This document shows positions 42,901 to 55,402 of a stretch of 64,000 nt of DNA, in pieces. Source of the DNA: the human T2T-CHM13v2.0 reference genome, Homo sapiens; the NCBI RefSeq assembly GCF_009914755.1, contig NC_060935.1. One strand, written 5' to 3'. How positions within the stretch are numbered: position 1 is the stretch's first letter; the number at the start of each line of letters is the position of its first letter. A model generated the notes under the pieces. The model had not been told where the DNA came from, did no database searches, and saw only the letters and a list, made by a program, of their open reading frames with translations. The translations under genes and the position numbers were made by a program.

Positions 42901-44906
42901 TCTACAGGGATGGCCCCTGAATGTTGCCCTTGGTAAAACTGCATGGGATGACCACTCTTTCTTGTGTTTAACTTGGACTTCTCTACCTGCAGGCATCCCC
43001 AAGTGACTGATGGGGTGCTGATGAGTGCTCCAACCTGCAGGCATCACATGCAAGTCACCTTAGGGAGACAGGAAGGGCAGCGCTTCTCTTGAATGAGCCT
43101 CTACAAAGAGCAGCAGCTGCTCACTCTCTGCAGCAGGGGAGGCCGTCCAGAGAAAAGAAAGAAGTGCCAAGGGGGCAAAGGCAGGGTCATCTGGGACACC
43201 TGGCAGGGCCTTTCCCAACAGAGGTGATGGGGAGTTTCCGAGGCCTGTTGTTTAAAGGCAATAAAGACTGGTGTGGATGTCTCAGCAGCACGCTGGCTGC
43301 ATTCTGCTCAGTGGAAACATTTTGCTTCCTCCAAAGGTGGAGCTTCAAACTGGAGACAGAGTGGAATTCCAGAACAGTCACCACCCAATTCCATTATTTG
43401 TAGTGAGACTTTATTAAAGAAACAGTGACCCCAAAAATCTAAGACTCAGAGACTCTTCCTCTAAAACAGGCAGTGGGCTATACCCAGAATAGAGGGGTCA
43501 ACCCGTGAGTCTCCTGGTATCCAAAATCCAGGCACCCTCAAGACCTCAGAGAGTTGTAAACAGCACCAGGGTGCAGGATGTATTGTACAGTATGAATAGA
43601 TCCCTTCTGTCCAAAGACTGCTTGCAAGGTATTACCGCAGCTGAATCAAGACACTAAGATGCTTCAGCCAGTTGTGGTCTTTGAAAGCCATGACAGAAAT
43701 AGGCAATCACCACTTTCCACGTTTTTTAAAAGACATTTAGAAAAAAAAAAGTTCATAGTGAGGACGAATCTTTTTACCATGTGATCTTTTTCTACTGGTA
43801 GCAGATGATTAAGAAAAATTCATACAAAACTAATTAGATAGGAGGCAGAAACAGTGGAATTACTCACAGGCAATAGAAAAGAGCTTTGCCTCCCAACCAG
43901 TTCAAATCTTCCCGGGAATTTTCCTCCTCAGTGCTCCAAAGTATTTTCCCGTCAATCACATAACTGAGCAGCATGTGAGTCTATTACTCCACTGAGATCC
44001 CCAGGTCCACGCCAGGCACCCCTTTAGGATCCACTGCTAAACCCAGCACCGTGAATGGAATCCCTGCCAGCATCTCAGCTGCTGGCTGACAGGAAGGCTC
44101 TATTTAAGCTGAGGGGGCTGCCAGCTTCCTGCAACTAGTTAATCACAACAGCCTCTGAGCAAGAAAGGGAAGACACTCTGTTTCTGCCCTTCTCATTCCC
44201 AAGCTCTTTTCCTCTTATCCAATCAGGTACTGCCCAAGGATGGTCTACATTGAGACTGTGATGGCTTCAGCAAGCCTGGAAGCCAGCCCCAGCTTTGCCT
44301 GGCCTGCAGACCTCAGTGAAATGCCCTAACTTCTCTGGGCCTGACTTTAGCCAATTCACACTGTCTTACACAACAGCATTTACATGGAGAGACTTTAGAT
44401 TCCAGAGCTTCGCTCCTGTTATCTCCCCAAATTAAAAGGCTCTACGCTGTTCCTAATCACATGCCCACAGCACAAATTCACACTGCACTAGTAACCTGCT
44501 TTTACTCTTTCCTTATCACTAACTTAGGCTCATACCAAAAGTTTCCTCAGTTGTTGTTTGTACCTGAATACATTGAGATTATTTTGCAATCGAGCCTTCC
44601 TTCAGAAAACTGTGATTTCAGCTAATGCTGCCAAATCTCAGGTTTCATTCTGAACTGAAGGGCTTTGAAGCACTTCCTTTTGCAGTAAAGTTGTTTATTT
44701 TCAAAAACATGTTTTAGCAGTAGTTTTGGGTTACTGATCCCTAAAACTCAACTACGAGCCAGAACTCTAAGGTTCTGGACTTGGCCCTGGGACTTTCTTA
44801 TTGTGTGACTTTAGACTGGCTCTAGAGTCATCTATGAAATGACAAGAAGAGGATTTATTTCAGGGCAGAATCAACTTGAGAGGACCTAGAGGAGAATGCA
44901 CAGGGC

Positions 44907-45202
44907 TTTTTTTTTTTTTTTTTTTTTGAGACGGAGTCTCGCTCTGTCACCCAGGCTGGAGTGTGCGATCTCGGCTCACTGCAAGCTCCGCCTCCTGGGT
45001 TCACAGCATTCTCCTGCCTCAGCCTACCAAGTGGCTGGGACTACAGGCGCCCACCACCACGCCCAGCTAGTTTTTTGTATTTTTAGTAGAGACGGGGTTT
45101 CACTGTGTTAGCCAGGATGGTCTCGATCTCCTGACCTCATGATCTGCCTGCCTCGGCCTCCCAAAGTGCTGGGATTACAGGCGTGAGCCACCGCACCCGG
45201 CC
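44907..45202 (-). mobile_element. AluY with a small internal deletion, sense to ETS1
   Basis: T21 tail; gcaagctccgcc and gttagccaggatggtctcgatc diagnostics; flanks c(a/g)gggctt. Confidence 0.95.
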
Positions 45203-45234
45203 CGGGGCTTCTTTTCCTGCAAGACTAGTACCTT

Positions 45235-45262
45235 TGTGTGTGTGTGTGTGTGTGTGTGTGTG
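45235..45262. repeat. (TG)14 microsatellite
   Basis: Read directly from the sequence. Confidence 0.95.
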
Positions 45263-47597
45263 ATGTCTCACACACACAAAAAAATTTGGAAGTTGAATTC
45301 CAGATAGTCCCAAATTTAGCCTTAAGGAAACTGAAGGACTGCCTACTTATAAATCTGCATAACACCATAAAACATAATTTCATTACAGTTAGTGAATGGC
45401 TTTGGGTTTAGCCTTTTTCAGGCTCCTAGAAAACAAGAAAATCACTTCATTCATAAATGCAAATCAAAGAGTGAGAACACACCTAGACATTGATAAGGGC
45501 ATTACCACCAGACCTGCTCAACAACAGCTGCAGAAGTGATAGGACTCCTTATCTGTGGCTATGTCTGACAATCTGGAATGAAGTTCAATAAAGGTGATTT
45601 ATAGGTCAATAATTCTGGACGGAAGCCAAGGCCAGCTCTCTTCCCTCCCACATACCCCTAACCCACATGCATATAGTGTTCATTAGTGACAAGAGGGAGA
45701 TAAGGTCCTAATCAGTCTAGGCAGGCAACTGCAATAACCAAGGAGTACTCTCATTATCTAATATGAAGAAAAGATTTTCTATTCAGGTGAGACATTTGGT
45801 GCTTAAGATTCAATTCAGAAGCTACCTCTGTGCAGAATGCAATTACATACATGGCCTTGAATAAGTCATTTTTTTGTGCCTCAGTTTCATCATCTATGAA
45901 ATGGGACTAGAGGGGTTGAGAGGAAGAGAGACTACTATGTGACAACCCATTATATTATTCTATACCTACTGAAATGGAGAAGCAAGAGGAAGAAGAGATG
46001 CCTATGTTTTTCAAGGACTTGGAAAGCGTTTTGCTTAGGTCTATAAAATGTATATAGAAAGCATTGGGCTACTTCTCTAGGACTGTGTTGTAATTAGAAG
46101 GGGTTCATAATGTATCTTCGAACAAAAGAAAATGGAGCTTTCTGATGGTATCAGTTTGATAACCGTAAACAGTTCACAGTAAGGTAAGAAGGTACATTTT
46201 GGCGGAAGCCAACATTGCATTTGATGTATTCTTAACTCAGCTAACAGGCAGGCTTTCAAGCCACGTTATCTGCCCCCGCATCTTGACCTCATTTAACAAG
46301 TTGCTATGGGAGCCCAGTGAAGGTTGATGCAATTTTCTTATCTTTGGAGGAAGAATGTTAACTGTGCAGGAGAATGTGAAAATTCAGTTTCTAACTGGCT
46401 TCCGCACTTACAGTGCAGTAAGAAAGACATCCTATCAAGAAGTAAAATGTATTCCTTTGGACGTGATAGGGACAAAGACCCAGACTCCTGGTGAAATGGC
46501 AGGAAGATGGATTCTCTTCCCAGCTTGGAGAATCTAAGCATGCACCCTTTAGTTCAGGCCAAGTAATAGTGACATAGAGCTATGTGTACCCCTACTGTGT
46601 GGCCAAACATACTCTGGAGCAATCAAATTTTAAGGGAACAGACAGAAAAGTTGAGCAGAACCTGAGAAGGTGAGTGTGACTTTTACAAGCAATAAAATGT
46701 ATTGCCAACAAGTCTATACAATGATTTCTGCTTTCCAAAGTACTTTTGCAAATTTCAGCTCATCTTAACATGTCTGCATAAAGCTAGACAGCCATTTATA
46801 GGCACTCTAGTGACTGCCTCAGGTGGTGGGTGAGGCTGTATGGGCACATTTCATCCGCTTCCCTATTCCCTAGGACGCATCTTAAATGAGGTTGGCGGGG
46901 GCACCATGAGGGTGTGAGATCACCCTCAGAGGGTGAGTCTGCAGTACAGGCAGGAGGTGTTCACCAGGTATCAATTACAGGGAAAAAATAAATACTAAAA
47001 TGTGGGCTGCTCCTCACATACCTAACAAATCCCAACTTTCATTCAGACCACAACAATAGGAGAATCCAGTTCAAGTCTAAGGATATTTAAAATATCTTGA
47101 ATCCAAGGAGACAGTGAGCCCACATACTCGCTTTTCTGCACTCAATATGCGCTCAAACATTTGCTGAAATAATTGAATTGTTATAATTGAGGGTTTTTTT
47201 CTCTATGTCTAGCACAATGTCTAGCATTCATTTATTTAATTAGTTGATTTAATTCAATTACACTTTCACAGATTTCCTGCCACCAAGATAAGAATGAACA
47301 CTTCTACTTCACTAAAAGTAGAAAAGGGTACAAGGTAAATTTGCCTAAAACCACACAGTGTGTTAGAGTTGGGAGGAAACACAGAGGACTTCTGTTTTCT
47401 GGACTATTATTCTCGCCATCACATGAGATAGTATGAAAAGTGAAATTGCAATTGTCAAGGAGAAAGAATTAAATGGTAAGAGGCTTCAAAAATGTTTTTT
47501 CATTAAAATGATTACTTCAGACTTTGAGACTTTTAAGAGATAATCACCACCCCTTCTCTTCTACTCACTAAATGTTTTACTCCCTTATCCCATTTCT

Positions 47598-47823
47598 GAA
47601 GAAAGAGAGAGAGAAAAGAAGGAAAGGAGGGAGGGAGGGAGGAAGGAGGGAGGGAGAGAGGGAGGGAAGGAGGGAAGGAAAGAAGGAAGGAAGGAAGGAG
47701 GAAGGAAGGAGGAAGGAAGGGAGGGAGGGAGGAAGGGAGGGAGGGGAAGGAAAGAAGGAAAGGAGGTAGGGAGGGAGAGAGGGAGGAAGGAAGGAAGGAA
47801 GGAAGGAAGGAAGGAAGGAAGGG
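47598..47823. repeat. Polypurine (GGAA/GGGA)n low-complexity tract including a perfect (GGAA)9
   Basis: 226 nt with a single pyrimidine (T47767); (GGAA)9 at 47785-47820. Confidence 0.95.
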
Positions 47824-49526
47824 CAGAAGAGAGGGTGGGCAGGCAACTATCAATCTATCCAAACATAACTCAGACCTAGAGCATAGTTTTCTCTGCACCA
47901 CAAAAACAGAAGCAAGCACTGCCAATTAGAGATAACGTCTACCTCCCAAGGCCACAAAGTCATTTTAGAGCTACCTCTGCCTTTCCTTTCTCTTCCCAAT
48001 TAAGCAGCACATCTCCCTTCCTTTATCACTATATTCAACTGCAGTCTAGTTCTTTAACCCCTAACAGGTATAACTGCATGAGCTGGCACTCTTGTACTTC
48101 CTGAGAGTGACTTAATACACTTTTCCTCATCCCAGACGTTTTTAATGGAAATGGATATACTTCCTAATAATCTCCTTTCAAAGATGGGAAAGGACTCCCT
48201 TGAAAAGTACTAAGTTCCTACATGCTAGCCATGTTCAAGCAAAGACCACCAGGGTATTGTAGAAAGAATAAAGTAAGGACCTTTAAGTTCCATTCCTGGC
48301 CTTGACCTTGTTGCTACTCCAACATGTAGACATAATTCCTGAGCACTACTCATGCAATGAACTGCACTAGGAGCTACATGGAATGCAATATAAGAGAGAT
48401 ACTCCTGATCTTTGAAGGGGGAGTAAGTTTTCAAGCATTTGAGTTGTTCTCAAAGGTCACTGGTTTTCTTCATAAAAGACCTAAGGCTTCCCTGAATGCA
48501 AAAATAAGGATTCAGCATACTCTAAGGATCAGAGAGACACCTCAATAGAAACACAGATCTTGCTGTTTGTCATCATCCACACAAAGGGTCCCTACATGAA
48601 AACATATCCAGGGTGGAGAGAATTATAAGAGAATAAAGGCCTAGACCACATCTGAGTAATCAAAGCTACTTTAAAATAAGCTCTACTCACAACACACTTT
48701 CTAATTTTTAGAAAACACTACAATCTTACAGAGAGATCTGATGATTAACACATTAATGCTCCTTGGCTATTTCTCACATATACTCTCCACATGTTTTTCT
48801 GGTTAAGTAGCATGATATGCTACAACCCATTTGAAGAAAGCATTGTTTTGCTCTACTACCAGAGTCTCAATCAAAGTTCAAGCTCTCAACCTACATCTTC
48901 CTTTCTCTATGGCCTTTCTTCACCCATCACTATCATAACTATAGCTTTCGCTCCTGGAAGAAAACTGATAATAAAGCCGAGTAAGAGAAGGGGCATTCTC
49001 TATAGGCCAGGATGGATCTGGACAGGGCGTAGTGCCACTGAGGATACTGTTCCCACATTTGAACAGCTGGCCTAAGGAGAACCGTGCTGCAGAAGAGTCC
49101 AGTGCGGAGGCCATTCAGTTGTGCCTTTGAGAGATGCTGCTGCTGATTTTGTATTTAGAAAGACCTCCCAAGAGCAGACCAGGAAAAATCCCCTGATGCC
49201 AGGCCACTAGATAGAGTTTCCAGGAACACCAGATCATTATAGTTCCCTTCCCCCAGACATGGAAAAACACCCAAAATGTAAGTTTCCTACCATTCTTGGA
49301 AATGATCCCTTTGAAGAGAATGATACTATTTGCTTCCAAAAATCAATGGCTATTCACAAGCAGAGTGGCTGGAGAGAGACTAAAGAATTCTTAGAGAGAC
49401 TTCTCCCCCGTGCCCTGCAAAAGGGAGTCTCTCGTCGTCTCTGGTCAGAGGTGCAGAGTGCCTTCCAGGACCCCACCCACAGAAACGTGCAGATGGAGTT
49501 GGCCTAAGCAGCGGGAGGGCGCCTAC

Positions 49527-49787
49527 CTGTGTAGCCAGCTAGGGCAGCAGCAGGAATGACAGGCTTGTCCTTATTGAGGTCAGCACGGTCCCGCACATAG
49601 TCCTTGAAGGTGCCCTTGGGCTTGTGGTTGGGCAGGGCAGCCGGATAGTCCTCTGAGTCGAAGCTGTCATAGGAGGGAACACGCTGCAGGCTGTTGAAAG
49701 ATGACTGGCTGCTCCAGGACTGGGTGAGGCGATCACAACTATCGTAGCTCTCTATGCTTTCAAAAGAGTCCTGGCCCCCGAGTTTAC
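49527..49787 (-). CDS. ETS1: ETS1 exon VII, 261 nt / 87 aa; serine-rich region plus inhibitory helices HI-1/HI-2; skipped in p42
   Basis: Acceptor tttacctccag|GT AAA CTC; donor ACA G|gtaggc; translation [20 protein letters not shown]...[30 protein letters not shown]. Confidence 0.98.
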
Positions 49788-51456
49788 CTGGAGGTAAAGG
49801 AGGAGGTAGGAAGAGGACAGGGGGAGGAGGGAGTGGGAAAAAAAAAAAACTGTAAAAACCCTCTTATGGAGGACAGATTGCTAATCAGATCTGCAGGAAG
49901 GACGGAAGAAGGGAGAGGCGAGTGGGAACAGAAGCTTCAGGGGTCATGGGTTTACTCTGAGGAAAGGGGCTGCACTAGGCCACCATCCGAGGGTCCACAG
50001 CCACTCTGCTGCCTGGTTTGAGAACTCCAAGTACAGAGATTCAGAGTCAAACGTTGCTCACATCTGTCGGAGTAGCGTTTGGGTCCTCAAGAGCTCTAAA
50101 GCCAGAAATCTAGAAGCTGAGGATCACACATGTTATGATATGATTTCTGGCTGATGTCGTAGGCCCAATGAATAAATGAAGAAATCGGAGCAATGTCAGG
50201 CTGAATTCCCCACTCCAGCTCAAGCCAATGAGATGACTTCAAAAGGCCCAGTTTGGAAAACATTTTGGTCATAAGAAAAAAGAATCCCATTAGACTAAGA
50301 GCAGATTAGCCTGTTTTGACCTTGGAACTAAGTGCTATTTTTTAGCATTTTTCCCAAATACTATTTTAATATGAAATACATGTACTGACCCTATGCCTTT
50401 TCAAATAGAGTAAGATGGTGTAAGATGCTTTTCCCAAGAGATTTTTTAAAATCACACACACTATCACTCTTCTAAACAGAAAACCATATTCTTATCCTCT
50501 CCAAGTAAAATTATGTACTTGAAATTTAAACTTCATTGGAAAAGTGTAGGCAATATTTAAAAGGTTTATTAAAGAGTTAAGTTCCACAGCAGTGTCAGAA
50601 ATCCTTTACTGTGTGAGTTGCTTAAGGCATTCTTAACTGACCACAAGATCATGCAAGTTCATTAATTTCCCAAACCAGGTTATAAACAGCTGCTATGATT
50701 GCACAATAGCTCCTGGAGAAATTTCCATTGGCAAAAATGCCACTAAAAAGGAGGCTAGCAAAAAAAAAAAAAAATAGTTTTGGAGGAAAACAAATGAATC
50801 TAAGAGCGAAAAAGGCTCGCAGGAATGGTTTTTATATGCAACTTTCAGATACTTTTCAAGTAACCTAAGTTAAATCATAGGAGACTAGATGGTCACCTCA
50901 ATTCAGCACAGGCCAAAAGGCAAAGGGATGTGACAAATGTTTACGGAGAAATATCCGTAAGTCAACTCTTAATTGTTCAGGGGTGGTTGATCTATAAATT
51001 TCAAATCCCAGAATAAGGCTGACTTATACAACTTCATATTAGTGTGCCTCCAGTGTATTTTTCCCTCCATGACAGCGGAGATTGGTTAAAACAATAAACA
51101 TCAAACATGAACAGATGCCCAAACCTAAATTAAATATATAGGAAAATATGTTGCTCCCAACATTGTTTAAAGATCCGGATAAAATGTATTCGGTTGAGTG
51201 TGTACTTTTTGTAAAATCCACTGCTGTGGGTTTTCTCTACATCCTGACCCCCTCTAGAACTGCTTTAAACAGAAAGGTGGTGTCATCCGTTTCATCTCAT
51301 TCCTTCCTCCACTCATCCATTCAGAGGAGGGTAATCTCTGGAAAGCAAACTGAAGAGCTTCATGGAGTTATCAGCCCTGCCCACCCAGTCCACTAGCAAA
51401 AGGGCACCTCTTCATTCTTACTAAAAATGAATATATATTTCTTTATAATTCTTAAA

Positions 51457-51513
51457 AATTCTTTCCCATTTACCCACCAGAAAAGTCATCTTTTTCACCT
51501 TTTTAGAGATCAT
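51457..51513 (+). repeat. Copy 1 of a 57-bp dispersed direct repeat
   Basis: 54/57 identical to 53236-53292. Confidence 0.92.
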
Positions 51514-53235
51514 TTAATTTTCTTTCAAGAAATTCACACTAAATGATTTAAGAAAACAGCCTACAACCAGAATGTCAAAGCCTTGTTTTAGCAGAACAGG
51601 AAATTCTGTGGCGTCTCATAAAAAGGTATTTGTTCATACCAGCTACTGATCTTCATGGTCACTTATTTTCTCTTTGAGACAAACATACCAAAAGCCTAAG
51701 AAGGAGAATTTATATTTTCATCAACACCGCACCAAGTCGATAGTATTTATGCTAAAGTCTCTCTGAAATGATTCCATTTCTATCAGCCAATTTTATACTT
51801 AGAGAAAAAGGACATCAGAATTTTCACAAGCAAGATAGTAGAGTTTCCAAGGAGTCCCACTAAGCAAGGGGACTAAACCAAGCCAGAACCAGTCTCTGGC
51901 AACCCCCCAAACATGAGGCAAATGCAACCCTGTTGAGAGTTGTGGTTTACAGCGGTAGGCAGCTTTCATTTTAGCTCGATTTCACAACCCTGGTGCTGGG
52001 AACCTTCATTTACGGGTATTTTCTCCAAAAATGGGTAGAATCCAACTGGATTAGATACTCAGTTATGCTGCTGCGCTCATGTAGGGAAACCTGTGTTCTC
52101 TAAACTGTCCACTAGCCAGCCTTTCTGAGAAGGGCCTCGGCGAGCTCCTTCCAAAGCTATCTGAGTCCACCAAACAGACCTCAGAGCACTCAAAACAGAA
52201 GATGCGGCAGCACCCAGCCACCCACTGAGTAGACTCGTACAAAGACAGTCCTTAGGGCCCAAATAAGTGGGGCATAGAAGCACTCTGTACGCTGTAATGC
52301 AGCCCGTGAATACTGTACTATGGTTAGTATAAATAACAATCAGCTAACAGTAATGCTTTCGGTCTAGACCAATCACAGCATCTCAGAATCAATTGGCCCT
52401 TTGCATAGGCCCTGTTTGCAGCACTTCTAACATGCAGAAAACAGCTCTGCACAAAATGGTCTTCCCCTCAAGTTTCTGTGGCCTGAACTTGGAGGGAGGG
52501 AAGAAGAGTGGAGCCAGAAAGAAATACCTCATGTCTCCTTGTAAGGGTCACTTTTGGTCCACAGTCATTAGTTTGGGGTTGGAGGGGTGGTAGGGACCAA
52601 AACCAAGAACGAAGAAAAGGAGAGGGAAAGAGACAATTACACAAATGCAAAGCCAGATGCAATTTCAAAACAATGTGACAGGAGATCGACCCAAAGTTAC
52701 AACATGGCTGAGCCCAAACCCACAGGCTTGGCCTCACTGTGTAGATGTACAGAAAGTCCCACAAGGAAGAAAGTCGTTTTAATGCTTTGACTCGCCTGAT
52801 AAAAAAGAAACACATGTACACACACTTGTGTGTATGTATTTAAATAGACATGCACCCAAAAATAAAAAAGAGCCAGAAAGGGGAAGGCCGACTGGTCCCA
52901 CCCATCCCCTTCGGTCTGAAACACTAACACCCTGGGGCCTTAAGAAGGAAGATTAGGGGTTCTGATTTTGCAGGGACTTTCCCTCTGCAGGGCTTGTTGG
53001 TGATCCCTAGGCCTGCTAGGAGGAAGTGTGAGTCTGAATACTCGAAGAAGACGACAATGGGCATGACCCATGATTCTTCAAAGTAAAGGTACCATTGGGC
53101 TCTCCTCCAAGAGCCTCACAATAGGCACCGCATATGGTCAGTCATTGAGCAGAAATCACTAATAGGCCAGCCCCAGCCTGACATCTGACCCAAGCCCCGC
53201 TTGATCAGCTTTCTCCTGTTCCTCTTCCCATTTAT

Positions 53236-53292
53236 AATTCTTTCCCATTTACCCACCAGAAAAGTCAGGTTTTTCACCTTTTTAGAAATCAT
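53236..53292 (+). repeat. Copy 2 of a 57-bp dispersed direct repeat
   Basis: 54/57 identical to 51457-51513. Confidence 0.92.
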
Positions 53293-54156
53293 CTAGCTCT
53301 TGCTAAATAGACAAACCCTTTCTTACAATAGATTGCATTTTTCTCAGAAACAAAACAATCTGGACACTTTACTAGGTAGGCTGTACCTCTGAGTGTTTAT
53401 GTCCTGTTCCTAAAAATTGGGTGCATTTTACCTTTTTTGCTTTATGTCACCCAGCTCTATTTTTAAACACTTTCTTCCCTGACAGTGAATATTTTATCAC
53501 TATTATAATAGTCACGTTAACAAAACTACCTTCTTTTGGAAACCCCTGGCCACCTCCGTCCCTGGTCCTCTAGCTAAATACACACTTCACCACACTGCTG
53601 ATGACTGGTTCCAAATAAACCGTTGGTTAACCATCTTGTATCTTCCCAAACCGAAAAAGTCACAGGAGGCTAAAGATCCCAGGCTGGCCAGCAGAGGTCA
53701 TTCCAGGTACCCAGCTAGGATCTACAGTCAGACCCAGGAGTCCTCTGGGAGGAGCACCAGGACACATGCTAAGCTTAAGGGTTTTCCAGGGTGGCCACTT
53801 GAACCATTTTCACTTGATTATGTCCTCCTCAAGGAAAATAGAGCATACCTTTCAAAATGACCAAATTCAACTAGAGTTATTGAGTAAAACATTTTGCCCA
53901 AGTAAGATATTTAATTTCTTAGATTGCCTGATTTTGATTTCACTGTGGACCCCATGGCCTTTGTCATAATAATGGACTTGGCTAAAACACCACGATGGAA
54001 AGTTCTTAGTATCTGGACACTCTAAGATGGGAAGGCTGAAACTGAGGAATCTACAGGTCTAATAAATAAGAAAAAAAAAATGGAACCTGAAAAAAACTCA
54101 CAAAGTCAGGTAATTCTTGTAAACCCAAGAGCTTTTAGAGAAGAAATATGACCTAC

Positions 54157-54405
54157 CACGACTGGTCCTCCCCATGCACATGTTGTCTGGGGTGACGACT
54201 TCTTGTTTGATAGCAAAGTAGTCATTCTGCAAGGTGTCTGTCTGGAGAGGGTCTCGGAGAATGACCGAGGGGTAGTCATTCTCATACTTGAGGGAGAGGA
54301 GCTCTTCCGAGCTGATGGGATGGAGCGTCTGATAGGACTCTGTGATGAAGCTGGGCTCTGAGAACTCCGATGGTGGAACACACTGGGCATGCTCAATACC
54401 ATAGC
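54157..54405 (-). CDS. ETS1: ETS1 coding exon VI, 249 nt, transactivation region ([14 protein letters not shown]...NMCMGRTSR)
   Basis: Acceptor tgtttccag|GC TAT; donor CGT G|gtaggt; lies within ORF 54098..54472. Confidence 0.98.
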
Positions 54406-55402
54406 CTGGAAACAAAGGGTTTGCAAGTAAAGAGAGGAGAGATTTGTACCTAAAATAAGCAGTTTTCACCATCTACAGGGCCCTATGATGTGGGACAAGC
54501 TCCTTAGAGAATAAGGGAAAATACTTTAAATCAGAAAAGCTTGCATTTTTAACCTTGTCCACTACTAAACAGCTTTAGCCTTTGACAAGGTAATTGATTT
54601 CCTGACTTCATATCCTCATCTCTAAAATGGGGGTGATTGCGATTTTTCCCGGAGCACTGTGATGAAGATGAAATGAGGATAGAGGTCAAATGCCCACCAA
54701 CATTCCCCACACAATAAGCTCTTGACACAGAGTAGTTAATATCATTGTGTCACTGGAATAAAAATTGTAATAACGTAAAAAGATAAAACGAAAAAAATAA
54801 AACCTGTTTCATATTCCCTGTAAAAGCACAGCCATCAGATAAGATGGTCCTATATCTCAGAGCTTACATTAGTGCAACAGGCCTACATTCATTGTTTCCC
54901 TCAGGCCATCTCTTCAGTATGGTTGGGTATCTTACACGAAAAAGGAGAAGACTGTATTTCCTATAATAGAATTTGAAGCTGCATAGCACACTCTTAAAGA
55001 AGGATTTTGGAGGAAATGCTGTTATCTCCACTAGTAAAAAGGAAAGAACAAAGACCAAGATCAAATCCCTAACCCAACCCTCTTTTGGCCATCGTAGTGC
55101 ACAGTATCAAATAGGAACAAAAGTTTAGGGGTCTAGTTGCAGTCTCTCTGCATGACTTTCAGGTGAAGACATCAGAGAAGGATCCTAGTGTGTAGGAACT
55201 TGGTAGGTTAATGAAACATATATATAGGTTGAAACTTTGTGCTTTGTGGAAAATAATAAAATAAAGTAACAAAGAAGAGTCTACATCTAAGAAGATATTA
55301 TTTTTGATAGAATTACCATGAAGGAGCCTGAGATTCACTGAGATAGGGGTCTTTTCCTAGTTTGCTATTATCATGAGAGAAGAGGGGTAGAAATGAACTT
55401 AC

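Noticed and set aside
47533-47925. PSFL/GRKE-rich ORFs
   Set aside because: Translations of the GGAA/GGGA low-complexity tract.
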